The position numbers and the translations under genes are program-made. This document shows positions 10,975 through 23,219 of a DNA stretch of 64,000 nucleotides, piece by piece. The notes under the pieces are model-generated. The model did not search any database. It was not told where the DNA came from and was given only the letters and a program-made list of their open reading frames with translations. Source of the DNA: Macrostomum hystrix (lineage: Eukaryota; Animalia; Platyhelminthes); the NCBI GenBank assembly GCA_950097015.1, contig CATNEN010000029.1, forward strand, positions 1,674,001 through 1,738,000. The letters run 5' to 3'. Each line of letters starts with the position of its first letter. Within the stretch, counting starts at the first letter, position 1.

Positions 10975-13560
10975 CAGGAGAGGGCAGAGAAAGGAGGAGA
11001 GGAGATAGGAGAGAATTGGGAGAGAAGATGGGAGAGAATTGGGGAGAGGAGATGACCGAGGGAAGAGAATTGGGAAGAGGAGAGGAGAAAGGAGAGAATT
11101 GGGAAGAGGACAGGGAGAGAATTAGGAAGAGGACAGGGAGAGAATTTGGAAGAGGACAGGGAGAGAATTGGGAAGAGGAGAGGGAGAGAATTGGGAAGAG
11201 GAGAGGGAGAGAATTGGGAAGAGGAGAGGGAGAGAATTGGGAAGAGGAGAGGGAGAGAATTGGGAAGAGGAGAGGGAGAGAATTGGGAAGAGGAGAGGGA
11301 GAGAATTGGGAAGAGGAGAGGGAGAGAATTGGGAAGAGGAGAGGGAGAGAATTGGGAAGGGGACAGGGAGAGAATTGGGAAGAGGAGAGGGAGAGAATTG
11401 GGAAGGGGACAGGGAGAGAATTGGGAAGAGGACAGGGGAGAGAATTGGGAAGAGGAGAGGGAGAGAATTGGGAAGGGGACAGGGAGAGAATTGGGAAGAG
11501 GACAGGGAGAGAAATGGGAAGAGGACAGGGGAGAGATATGGGAAGAGGACAGGGGAGAGAATTGGGAAGAGGACAGGGAGAGAATTGGGAAGAGGACAGG
11601 TAAGAGAATTGGGAAGAGGACAGGGGAGAGAATTGGGAAGAGGACAGGGAGAGAATTGGGAGAGAATTGGGAAGAGGACAGAGGAGAGAATTGGGAAGAG
11701 GACAGGGAGAGAATTGGGAAGAGGACAGGGAGAGAATTGGGAAGAGGACAGGGGAGAGAATCGGGAAGGGGACAGGGAGAGAATCGGGAAGGGGACAGAG
11801 GAGAGAATTGAGAAGAGGACAGAGGAGAGAATTGGGAAGAGGACAGGGAGAGAATTTGGGAAGAGTACAGGGGAGAGGATTGGGAAGAGGACAGGGGAGA
11901 GAATTGGGAAGAGGACCGGGGAGAAAATTGGGAAGAGGACAGGGAGAGAATTGGGAAGAGGACAGGGAGAGTATTTGGAAGAGGACAGGGGAGAGAATTG
12001 GGAAGAGGACAGGGAGAGCATTGGGAAGAGGACAGGGGAGAGAATTGGGAAGAGGACAGGGAGAGAATTAGGAAGAGGACAGGGAGAGAATTGGGAGAGA
12101 ATTGGGAAGAGGACAGAGGAGGGAATTGGGAAGAGGACAGGGAGAGAATTGGGAAGAGGACAGAGGAGAGAATTGGGAAGAGGACAGGGAGAGAATTTGG
12201 GAAGAGTACAGAGGAGAGAATTGGGAAGAGGACAGGGAGAGAATTTGGGAAGAGTACAGAGGAGAGAATTGAGAAGAGGACAGAGGAGAGAATTGGGAAG
12301 AGGACAGGGAGAGAATTTGGGAAGAGTACAGAGGAGAGAATTGAGAAGAGAACAGAGGAGAGAATTGGGAAGAGGACAGGGAGAGAATTGGGAAGAGGAC
12401 AGGGAGAGAATTGGGAAGAGGACAGGGGAGAGTATTGGGAAGAGGACAGGGAGAGAATTGGGAAGAGGAGAGGGAGAGAATTGGGAAGAGGAGAGGGAGA
12501 GAATTGGGAAGAGGACAGGGAGAGTATTTGGAAGAGGACAGGGGAGAGAATTGGGAAGAGGACAGGGGAGAGAATTGGGAAGAGGACAGGGAGAGAATTT
12601 GGGAAGAGTACAGAGGAGAGAATTGAGAAGAGAACAGAGGAGAGAATTGGGAAGAGGACAGGGAGAGAATTGGGAAGAGGACAGGGAGAGAATTGGGAAG
12701 AGGACAGGGGAGAGTATTGGGAAGAGGACAGGGAGAGAATTGGGAAGAGGAGAGGGAGAGAATTGGGAAGAGGAGAGGGAGAGAATTGGGAAGAGGACCG
12801 GGGAGAAAATTGGGAAGAGGACAGGGAGAGAATTGGGAAGAGGACCGGGAGAGTATTTGGAAGAGGACAGGGGAGAGAATTGGGAAGAGGACAGGGAGAG
12901 CATTGGGAAGAGGACAGGGGAGAGAATTGGGAAGAGGACAGGGAGAGAATTAGGAAGAGGACAGGGAGAGAATTGGGAGAGAATTGGGAAGAGGACAGAG
13001 GAGGGAATTGGGAAGAGGACAGGGAGAGAATTGGGAAGAGGACAGAGGAGAGAATTGGGAAGAGGACAGGGAGAGAATTTGGGAAGAGTACAGAGGAGAG
13101 AATTGGGAAGAGGACAGGGAGAGAATTTGGGAAGAGTACAGAGGAGAGAATTGAGAAGAGGACAGAGGAGAGAATTGGGAAGAGGACAGGGAGAGAATTT
13201 GGGAAGAGTACAGAGGAGAGAATTGAGAAGAGAACAGAGGAGAGAATTGGGAAGAGGACAGGGAGAGAATTGGGAAGAGGACAGGGAGAGAATTGGGAAG
13301 AGGACAGGGGAGAGTATTGGGAAGAGGACAGGGAGAGAATTGGGAAGAGGAGAGGGAGAGAATTGGGAAGAGGAGAGGGAGAGAATTGGGAAGAGGACCG
13401 GGGAGAAAATTGGGAAGAGGACAGGGAGAGAATTGGGAAGAGGACAGGGAGAGTATTTGGAAGAGGACAGGGGAGAGAATTGGGAAGAGGACAGGGGAGA
13501 GAATTGGGAAGAGGAGAGGGAAAGAATTGGGAAGGGGACAGGGCAAGAGGGTGGAGAAGA
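10975..13560. repeat. Purine-rich ~23-bp minisatellite (GGGAGAGAATTGGGAAGAGGACA)n
   Basis: Directly visible. All overlapping G/E/R-rich and P/L/S-rich ORFs here are translations of the repeat. Confidence 0.97.
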
Positions 13561-13914
13561 AAGCCTATTGGGCCAAATATTTTAGCTGCATGAGACTAGC
13601 AATCTCCGAGAGCGGATGCATTTTCACATTCGAACGTTGAAAACGTGTTTATTGAGAGATTTGATTTATCGCATTTCACCTGGATTTCTGCTTCATCATT
13701 TCCATTTAATAACCAAGATAGGCAGCTTAGAGAAAGGTGCGAAAAATGTAATTTTATTTAGACCGATGGATGGTGCTTAAATTGTTTTCTTCGGTGAAAA
13801 AAAATCGAAAAATAAATTGCCGAAATCCAAGATGCCAGAAAGGTGAAACCTGTTTAAAAATCAGAAAAATTTAATTACTTGGAAAAGCCGGAAAATTTGT
13901 TATCTCTTTCAGAG

Positions 13915-14160
13915 TCCCTGGGCTCGATTCCGCGGCGAGGTCACATTCATTTGGGCCGCCTCCGCAGAGAGAAGGCTTGGGCGCTTGTCGTGCAATTTAC
14001 GCCATTGAGGGTCAACCTCCAAGGCACAGTGAGAGTGTACACTGCCTTACGATGGGAAAGTCAGGGCAGATGTACACACCTATATGAGTGTGTGCGTGTG
14101 TGCTCAGGAGTCAGCGGAATGGGCAGAGTTGCCTCCTCGCTGCCTGCGGGTCTACTGACG
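13915..14160 (+). mobile_element. tRNA-derived SINE family A, 5'-truncated copy
   Basis: Begins at the B-box GGGCTCGATTCC; the body matches the copies at 47711 and 53276. Confidence 0.8.
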
Positions 14161-15199
14161 CTGATCATCCATAAATTTATCGACGTAATAGTCCAAAAAG
14201 CGAGACGTGAAATCAAGATGTCAAGCCTAGAGAGAATTGGGGTGGACTCGTGGCGTCCTGCGCCGCATGCGATCGCAAGCAGTCACTGCCATTATAGATG
14301 CAAATCGATACAGAAAAGTCTGCACCTCGCAGACAGTTCTCCTCATTAGGGGAGGCGTTAAGTAGCTAAAAATCTTTCAAAAAGCAATCTTCAAGAGGAA
14401 CTGCATAAATCATTTTAAGGTATACCTGCATCCCCGATTAGTCGGGACACTGATTCTCATTCTCTTCCGCCGGGTGAATCGCATTCCATTGTAAAAAGCA
14501 ATGAGGCCATTTTTAATTGGACAAAATCGGCAATCACGTGACAAACTACGAGCCAATAGCGAGACACACGTGTCTGTAGCCAATTGGAAAAGCCGGGTGC
14601 ACCCTACGCATTGGCCAATCATATTTTGAATATATTATACTATGCAGTACAGTATCCTGCATAGCTTCTTCATGTTAGTATCAAAGCTGCTTTCGCAATC
14701 CCAGATTCGCTCTTGAATTCGTCAGCCAACGCTAAATTAAAGTAACTTATTATGCGAACAATCATTCATCAAGACCCAGTACGAGCTAGTCGACAAATAA
14801 AACAATAGCCATCATTTCTCAGTCCCTGGTTAAATATAGCATGCAATTGCGAATCTGGCTTGGTCAACAGTGAAAGCTAAATTAAAACTGACAGTTCCTA
14901 ATATACAATTGTTTGCTGCAAGGAACAAAGCAATAATTAATTTTAAAAAATGGATTTTAGAAATCCTTATTTCTGCTTACCAAATTTTCTTTTGTTGCTT
15001 CTCACGCTCCAGGAAGTAGTAATAAAAAAATTAGCGGAAAACATTATATAACTTTTCTGCACTAAAAATTGATTGCTTTATATAATCATGCCATGAAATT
15101 GCTTATTTTGTGTTTGTAATAGATACAGTTATTTATATGTTCTTAGAATTTAGAGCAATAAGACCCTAAATTACAAGTACGTGTACCTACTCGCTTACT

Positions 15200-16255
15200 G
15201 GCTCCTCTCTCCCGTGTCTCATCCCTCCCTGCCTCTCATCTCTCCCGTGCCACATCTCTCCTGCGTCTCATCTCTCCTGCGTCCAATCTCTCCCCTGTCT
15301 TATCTCTCCCGTGTCTTATGTATAGCGTGTCACATCTCTACCGTCTCTTATCTCTCCTGTGTCTCATCTCTCCCGTGTCTCATCTCTCCCGTGTCTCATC
15401 TTTCCCGTGACTCATCTCTACCGAATCCAATCTCTCCCGTGACTTATCTCTCCCGCGTCTCATCTCTGCCGTGTCTCATCTCTCCCGTGTCTCATCTCTC
15501 CCGCGTCTCATCTCTCCCGTGTCTCATCTCTCCCGTGAATTATCTTTCTTGTGTCTCATCTCTTCCGTGTCTCAGATCTACCGTGTCCAATCTCTCCCGT
15601 GTCTCATCTCTCCCGCGTCTCATCTTTCCCGTGACTCATCTCTACCGAATCCAATCTCTCCCGTGACTTATCTCTCCCGTGTCTCATCTCTGCCGTGTCT
15701 CATCTCTCCCGCGTCTTATCTCTCCTGTGTCTCATCTCTCCCGTGAATTATCTTTCTTGTGTCTATCTCTCCCGCGTCTCATATCTACCGTATCCAATCT
15801 CTCCCCTGTCTTATCTCTCCCGTGTCTGATCACTCCCGCGTCTTATCTCTCCTGTGTCTCATCTCTCCCGTGAATTATCTTTCTTGTGTCTCATCTCTCC
15901 CGTGTCTCAGATCTACCGTGTCCAATCTCTCCCCTGTCTTATCTCTTCCGTGTCTTATGTATAGCGTGTCACATCTCTACCGTCTCTTATCTCTCCCATG
16001 TCTCATCTCTCCCGTGACTCATCTCTCCCGCGTCTCATCTCTCCCGTGTCTCATCTCTCCCGTGTCTCATCTCTCCCGTGTCTCATCTCTCCCGTGTCTT
16101 ATATCTACCGTATCCAATCTCTCCCCTGTCTTATCTCTCCCGTGTCTCATCTCTACCGTGTCTCATTTCTCCCGTCTCTTATCTTTCCCGTGTCTCATCT
16201 CTCCCGTGTCTTATATCTAAGGTGTCTCATCTACCCCGTGCCTCTTACATCTCAA
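15200..16255. repeat. ~16-bp pyrimidine-rich minisatellite (GTGTCTCATCTCTCCC)n
   Basis: Directly visible; the same unit occurs inside the hAT MITE at 18263-18739. Confidence 0.95.
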
Positions 16256-16929
16256 ACCCATCTTAAATTGGGTTTTAGAATTCAATTTCGATGCCTGTCA
16301 AGTATAAACTTTTGTAATATACTCGTACGAGCGTAATCTTTTTCTAATTAGTGTTCTGTTACTTCTAAAACCACAACAAATCAAATAAGCTCGAAACGAC
16401 AGAAACAAAACACTGATTTCCAAATCGCCAGATAGTAACACGCGCTATAGTGGATAGAGAAGCTTCTATTTCACGATTAGCACGGTAATACAACAATGAT
16501 GAGAAAGCATCATCTAACAATGTTCGTCAGCTTCCAACTCCTTCGGGAACCTAATCTCAGCCCTCAGCACGCAAGAAATGCCGAGCAGTGCGAGATTGTC
16601 TTCCGTAGCCCCAAGTGCTCAAATTGAGACAGAAGCTGTGACCGACCTGGCTGACAAAAAGACAGCTCGCACGATATTGAGTTCTTCCTATAAAAGATAA
16701 GCGACTCATGAGAGAAGTGGAACAAGCCTACCCCACTAAACTAGTACTGACCACTGCACCTTGCGGCCAATTAAAAGGCACCACAACTAGGACAGTTTAA
16801 GAACTGTCTTCCATAATTACTAGAGAAAAATGACGGGAAAAACTAATGCGAAATTCTACCTTGACGTCTGCATGACCTTCTATATGAGCTTCTGTGTGCA
16901 GTTCTACCATGTAACTAACTACCGATAGT

Positions 16930-17400
16930 CACGGGGAGTCTATGAGTCAGGAGGAATCACGGGAACTGGGATTTCTGTTAGGAGGGGTCACGGGAACTGG
17001 GACTTCTGTCAGGAGGGGTCACGGGAACTGGGACTTCTGTCAGGAGGGGTCACAGGAACTGGGATTTCTGTCAGAAGAGGTCACGGGAACTGGGATTTCT
17101 GTCAGGAGAGGTCACGGGAACTGGGATTTCTGTCAGGAGAGGTCACGGGAACTGGGATTTCTGTCAGGAGAGGTCACGGGAACTGGGATTTCTGTCAGGA
17201 GAGGTCACGGGAACTGGGATTTCTGTCAGGAGGGGCCACGGGAACTGGGATTTCTGTCAGGAGGGGCCACGGGATCTGGGATTTCTGTCAGGAGAGGTTA
17301 CGGGAACTGGGATTTCTGTCAGGAGAGGTCACGGGAACAGGGATTTCTGCCAGGAGAGGTCACGGGAACTGGGATTTCTGTTAGGAGAGGTCACGAGAGG
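16930..17400. repeat. 31-bp minisatellite (GTCACGGGAACTGGGATTTCTGTCAGGAGAG)n, ~15 units
   Basis: Directly visible. Confidence 0.95.
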
Positions 17401-18262
17401 TTCTCGTGACACTAAAGCACAGTTTGAGTTTCATTGAAACAAGCTTCATACGCGTCGCCTTTATTAATCAAGCAGCAGCACTCGTACAACATTATCACAT
17501 TTATAAAATTAAAAATAGTTTTACATACTTAAATATTGCTGCATGTGAAACTATGAATGACAGACTGTATGACCAAATGGATCGGGGGGAATATATATTC
17601 GATCACTATAAAATAGATTTGCTGTAATGGCTACAGCTACAGTTAAAGAAATTTAACTGTAGACGAAAAAAGTTACGCATACTGTAATAATTTGAAGCCA
17701 AATAACGATACCAATAGTTAATTGTTAAGCTTTTCTGAAGCAAATGCCAAAAATAAAAACTATTTTAACCCAGGCGAATATGAATAAGTGCTTTATAAGA
17801 TTGGTTTATCGAATACAAACTAGAATGATATAATACTTAAGTAATATTAACAAGAATAGACCTTCAAGCCATTTAACATTTAATCTACCTGTGCAGTCCC
17901 AGTAACATTTGCCTAACCTGCTAGCGAAGCAAATAAAAAAAGCATATAGAATTAATTCTGCTATCAGGTGTCAAAAGGGGCAGGGACAACTTCAAAGAAA
18001 CCGACTAATTATTTTGTAATACTAAAAGTGCGCCAACTAAAAGTGCAAACTGCACCACCTAGTACTGGTTTTAATTGAATTGAAAAATAATTATGAGCCT
18101 AGGTAAGTTCAGGGTAATTAGATTGTCGAACTCCTTCATTTAAAGGTCGGGAGTTCGAATTTCAGCCCAGCGAGATACTCAATTTCTCATTGCTTTAGTT
18201 CCCACGAGCTGTAAAATGAGTTAATAAGTTTAACTGAACTTGAAATTCTATAACACCTATTG

Positions 18263-18739
18263 CAGGGGTCGGCAAACTCCGGTCGGCAAAGCTCCCAAAT
18301 CCGGCTCTTTGCCACTTCCAACACCTACAGTATCTGTCTCATCTCTCATCTGTCCCGTGTCTCCCGGGCGTCTCTCTCCCGTCTCATAACTTCTCTATCT
18401 CATCTATACCCTGTCTCATCTCTCCCGTGTCTCCCGTCTCTCTTCCAAGTCATGTCTTCTCTGTCTCATTTATCCCTTGTCTCATCTCATCTTATCTCTG
18501 ACTAGTCCCTTCCCTGTCTCATCTCTCCCATCTCATCTCATCTCATCTCTGTCTCAGTCTCGTCTATCCCATGCCTCACCTCTCCTGTGTCTCATCTCTC
18601 CCCTTTCTTATCTCTCCCCTGTCTCATTTCTCTCTGTCTAATCTCACTCCATTTCTCATATTCCTACAATTAATGCGGCCCGCTGTCGTCTTTTAGGTTC
18701 TCTCCGTGGCCCGCACGCTAATAACTATGCCGACCCCTG
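18263..18739. mobile_element. Non-autonomous hAT-superfamily (Charlie-like) MITE, 477 bp
   Basis: 12-bp TIRs CAGGGGTCGGCA ... TGCCGACCCCTG and a perfect 8-bp target-site duplication ACCTATTG (18255-18262 and 18740-18747). An 8-bp TSD is diagnostic of hAT. Confidence 0.92.
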
Positions 18740-20333
18740 ACCTATTGCATGAATGTGACTAAAGTAACTTTTAATTAAAGTTTCGAGCTACTATTAATCT
18801 ATAGTTAAATATCAGGTAATGCTAGTATAAGCAAAACAATAACTAATTATGCTTATAACGAGCTTCATTAGATAGAAAGTGAGGCCAGACAAGACACCAA
18901 AGAAGCAATGCTGTTTAATTAATGATTTAAAAAATATTCATACAGGATCACCAACTACAAGCAGAGGAAGGATAAGTGCGAGCGAAAGCCTTATTGAGGT
19001 TGGGAAAAAAGTATTGGAGAATATGCACATTACCATAGACGAAATGAAGACTTGTTTTGCAATAGCAATAACAGAGAGACTCCGAACACCAATTAAAATC
19101 GAATTGTACAACTGATGGTGTTAATATATAGATTTTCGTTACGTTCCAACAAAATAAAATGACACTTTTACATGTGCGACATTGCTTGGAAAAAAGTGAA
19201 AAAGAAACTAAAATCAACAAAAACATCTGATTCACTACTCAAGCCAGTAGTAAATGAAGTGTTGTCAGATATGCGGCACTATAATTGGACAACTGAGAAC
19301 AAAAACTAAAAATACTAGTAGATTCGTAGAAACTATATATATGCATGTGATAGGGTCACTTTAAATTTGATAGACAAGCGCTGACGAACCGAAGGTGCTT
19401 ATACAGAACGGTAATTATATATCATGCATTTTTGACCCTAAAAGTGTGAAATACTAAAATATTTGTAAGAGAGATGCAGATTAACAGGTGAGAGAGGAGA
19501 GAGCTTAGGGAGAGAAGTCAGAATAAAGACCATAAATTAAGGGAGAGAGAACGGAGCTAGACGACTGGACGGTAAGTGCGTCTAAATCTCGCATCAAGAG
19601 GTCACGAGTTCGCATCCGCGACAAGGAATTAATTCCCATTAAAGCCTAGCCAAAATAATCTCAGGATATTTTTGGCTTCCGGAATTCGAGACTACAGAAG
19701 ACATTCGGTTACTAAGGACGCTAGAGGCGGGAAACTTTTTAACTTTTAATTTTTCTTTTTAACGATAGTGTGCCCATCATTAACTGTAATGTTGGATACA
19801 GAGAAGAATAGGACATTTAGAGGCAGATGTAAATATTCTAGACATACAATATTTAATTGTTAAAATAGCAAATAGTTTTCCAAGAAACGCCACTTAAAAA
19901 AACTTGCATTACATTCCCGATTTTTTAAAAATCAAACAAAGTCAAGAATGCACTGTCCATCATCTGGTCAGTAAAATGAGAACATCATTTTATTGTTAAT
20001 AGATCACAATCGGTCAGTCATTGTTGCTGCACCGACTGCGGCTGTTGTTGTTGTTGTTGTTGTTGAAATGGACTGGGCTTCTTTCCATTTCTCTGGCGCG
20101 GATTCTGGGCTACGCAGCTAGCTTGAGAATAGGCGACAGTCACTGTCCCTGCAGGTGGTGGCGGTGTACTTCTGTGTAATCTAAATATACATAATTTCTT
20201 AAAAACTACTTACTTCAGTAGTAGAAAAGCATTTTCTACTATTTTCATTGAGAATCGAATTATTTAAATCACAAAATTTCTGTGCAGCTTGCAATAAGTT
20301 GTCAGTTCATTCTAGTTTAGTAACACTAGATAA

Positions 20334-23219
20334 TTATGAACAAGAATTTTTATTGGAAATGCATACATCTATCGCAACCGATTCACTAAGCCGCTTGACT
20401 AAAGAAATAATTCCTGAAATTGCTGTGTTTAACAAAAACTTTTCGATACATATCGGCTGTTATCTAGACTAACGTAATAAGCCAGCAACGTGTTCATTTT
20501 TTCTCGCCATAAAGCCTCTTAAGAATACAAACTCTTATAGATTTTCTAAGATTGCATATTCATTTTTCGATACATATCGGATCCAAAATTCACAAATAGA
20601 CTTACCAACAGCCTTAGTCTTGCCCTCGCGAAACACGAGCCTAGTGCCAATCTTAATGTATTCAGGGTTTTTAATGAAGCGAAAGCGCACGCTGGCCTTG
20701 TCGCCAGTTCGCAGGTGCTCCTTGCTCATGTGTACAATGGTGGCCGTCTGGCGAATCGGACCAACATGTACCATGGCCTGGTAGCGAACACTGATTGTGG
20801 TCGGGTGGTGCAGAATTAAAACGTCGGCTTCAAACTCCCAGCAGGCTGTGGGCTCCAGCATCGGACTAACCAGCACCATGCCTTTGCGTATTTGACTGCG
20901 CTTAATCTTCTTTAAAGAGAATGACGCGGTCTGTGAGCCGGCCACTTCCATCACTGGCAGTCTTTTCCTGTGTATGGACTTGATTGGTATGCTCTGAAAT
21001 TTGCCCAACGGATCTGGGCCCAGTAGTAGCACATCGTTCACCCGGATGATGCCCTTGTTGCACGTGCCGGAAACCACAGTTCCAACGCCCTAGAATGATT
21101 GACGAAATAAAATATTGACGTTTCTTGAGCATCTATCTATGCGCATCGTCTACTTACAGGGGCAGTAAAGGAAAATTATCGACTAAATTTGTGCAAAAAA
21201 CTACAAAAGATTGCACAAGAAAATGAACACTCGTTGCAAAGAGCTATAATGTACATTTCATAGCATTAAGCACGCTATCATATCAACCTGCTCTAACACA
21301 TTGGATACAAAAGCTAGGGTTTTAACCTCCTAGTGTGGGGACGATAAAAAAACGCCATCTGATGAAATACTCAGCAATTCTAAAGAGTGCGCCAGATTTC
21401 ATCAGACTCAAAATGCACAAATATTCTAAATTTCATTGTAAGTCTAGCGGTTGCACAATTTTCAAGCAACATTAAATATTTGCACTTTTAAGTCCACTTA
21501 CCGGCACAGAGAAGGTGTCGTCAATTTGAAACTCGGCCGGTTGAGTGAGGCAAGGATCGGTGCGGCTGGTTAACAGGTTGAGAAACTGTGTCAACAGGCT
21601 GAGATTCTCGCCTGTCACATTGCTGACGCGGAAAATCGGACAGAGCCGTTCGGATGTGAAATTGGTGGCCGAACAGACCACATCGTCTGCAGTGTTAACC
21701 AGAACTGGAATTTTCCTGCAACCTGAGCTGCGCAGAATTTTCTGCAGCAGGCGCAGCGTTTCCTCCAGCACATTTGGGGGGCACATGTCAATCTTTGTTA
21801 CAACAACAAAGACTGGCACGTTGAGCGCCAGGGCCAGGCCCAGGTGCTCCTTGGTCATACCGATAACGCCGGCATTTGAGCCGATCATGAGCATGGCAAA
21901 GTCCGGACTGTGACCGGTCATGCCAAACACTGTGGTCTTCAGGTATTTCTCGTGTCCGGCCAGGTCAATAAAGGTCACAACCTTGGCCGATCTCTCGCAC
22001 ACGCGCTGCCAATCCAGGTGGCCGTGTGTCGGCGCGTTGACCACCTCGCCTTTGGAATTGAAGCCCAGAATGTCGTTGCCAACGGAGGAGGTCCGCCCGG
22101 ACTCGGCTTCGTGCTTGTGACGAAATAGCTTCTGGCGGGCGAAGCCGCGCCCGTTGTCTAGCTCGCCGTGGGTCAGGACGCCAAGCAATGTACTCTTGCC
22201 TGACGGTCGAAATGAGGGGGAAGTCTTGATAGGGAATTAATTAACAGTAGAAGACCACGCTATTTTCTCCCTGGGGAAAGACCATGGGGCATTTCAAATA
22301 CCCACTGCCCACTTCACGATAACTCCCAAATCGAATGACCGCTTTTTGTAAAATTCCACCGTATGGATCCAAATTTTCCGCCCTTTACGATGAACTAAAT
22401 TTCAAAGCCGTCCGAGTCAGCATCGTCGAGATATTCAGCGATTCTTGTCGGAGACCCTGGTGACATGGAAAACTAACATTGCTCTGTATCTCAGCCTTCT
22501 ATGATTATTCCATATTGGTTAACAATAATAGCGAAATGGTTACATGATGCAATATTTTAGCATAAAATTTGTGCCTATTTTTGTGGTTTTCGCCACCAGA
22601 CACCCTGACGAGAATCTTTGAACTTCCAGAGGCTGTGCACAGCTGTTCAATCTGCGGACTTGGGAGGCTGCCATCCTTAATATTCAGAAAAGGGTCCTAC
22701 TGGGCTGAGATTCGAACTCCAGACCTCTTCGTCAATATCTGTGTGGGGGTGGCTTTGAGATCAACTTGGGCACATTAGACAAGCGGCGTCATTACCAGCA
22801 TCGACATTGCCGACCACGGCAACCCGGACCTCCATGAAGTCGCCATTGGCTGGCCGCCTGCGCACCAACAGTTTGGCAGTGTGAAGGCCTCCGGCTGGCA
22901 GCTGCTGGCGTTGAAGCTCGCTGCAGTCGGCGCCTAGCTGCACAGCGATGCTTTGGACTGTGGCCACGCTCGCGGCCAGTTCGTCGGCAGTCAGGCCCGG
23001 CTCTTCAGCCTCACCGCAGCCCAGTTCAACGATGGCCTCTTGAACTCCTTGGCCCATGCGAGCGGATAATCTGGCGCAGAGCTGTTCGAATTCAGCGTGA
23101 GTCGGGCTAACATAGGCGGCTTTGCGGGCCAGGCCGACTGCAAACTGGAGCGCGCTCGTCGCAGTTGGCGATTGAGCGTCGTTAACAACAAGCATCGGGT
23201 CGTCTACTAGGTGAGCCAT
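20334..23219 (-). CDS. GTPBP1: GTP-binding protein 1 (translational GTPase). Exons 23219-22796, 22199-21502, 21089-20606 and probable 20413-20334; 3' end uncertain
   Basis: The spliced product gives [10 protein letters not shown]|[56 protein letters not shown]|GVGTVVSG and [14 protein letters not shown] introns have matching phases (1, 0, 1). A Q-rich open frame at ~19985-20180 could be an extra terminal exon. Confidence 0.93.
22245..22640. mobile_element. MITE-like family C copy inside GTPBP1 intron 1
   Basis: Shares CAGCATCGTCGAGATATTCAGCGATTCTTGTCG.AGACCCTGGTGAC and the 5' terminus CAGTAGAAGACCAC with the copies at 32727 and 59601. Confidence 0.75.

Noticed and set aside
11016-13640. Multiple long G/E/R-rich and P/L/S-rich ORFs
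   Set aside because: All frames are open because of the 23-bp purine repeat.
17406-19235. Short AT-rich ORFs (17406-17627, 18879-19115, 18948-19235; also 8026-8208)
   Set aside because: No recognisable domains or consistent splice chain.
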